Part shown: piece after piece, positions 63,997 to 64,000 of the stretch
Layout of the letters: each line of letters opens with the position of its first letter
How positions within the stretch are numbered: position 1 is the stretch's first letter
Assembly (NCBI GenBank): GCA_051294905.1
Contig: CM119378.1
Span: 1,488,001-1,552,000, forward strand
Source: Botryllus schlosseri
Taxonomy: Eukaryota
Reading direction: 5' to 3'
Length of the DNA stretch: 64,000 nucleotides
Translations under genes and position numbers: made by a program
The notes under the pieces: model-generated
The model's input: only the letters and a program-made list of their open reading frames with translations
What the model was told of the DNA's origin: nothing
Database searches by the model: none

Positions 63997-64000
63997 TAAT

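Overview
AT-rich animal genomic DNA with spliceosomal introns and many transposon remnants. The gene content and compact introns suggest an invertebrate chordate such as an ascidian (inference only). Bases 1-11,848 hold 16 phase-consistent minus-strand exons (793 codons) of a nesprin-1/SYNE1-like spectrin-repeat gene. Its last recognisable exon opens with a splice acceptor, and no further upstream exons were found in the remaining ~52 kb. That interval carries, on the opposite (+) strand, a cluster of cell-surface protein genes that the ORF track does not reveal because they are split into small exons. Gene A (29,587-46,092) encodes signal peptide, two six-cysteine FN2 domains, mucin-like S/T stalks, TM and a Tyr-motif tail. 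Gene B (49,524-55,829) encodes signal peptide, a divergent CUB domain, a TM helix containing Asp and a YxxL tail, with a possible GPI-type read-through form. A decayed gene-A-like fragment lies at ~59.6-60.6 kb, and gene C (61,523 to beyond the window) is a strongly diverged paralog of B. The rest is mostly mobile DNA: a 5'-truncated CR1/L2-group LINE with about ten relic copies, a tRNA-derived SINE, a fossil piggyBac, several hAT derivatives with target-site duplications, and fold-back MITEs. All exon models were assembled by hand from splice signals and reading-frame continuity; no database searches were run, and homology statements rest on recalled family motifs.
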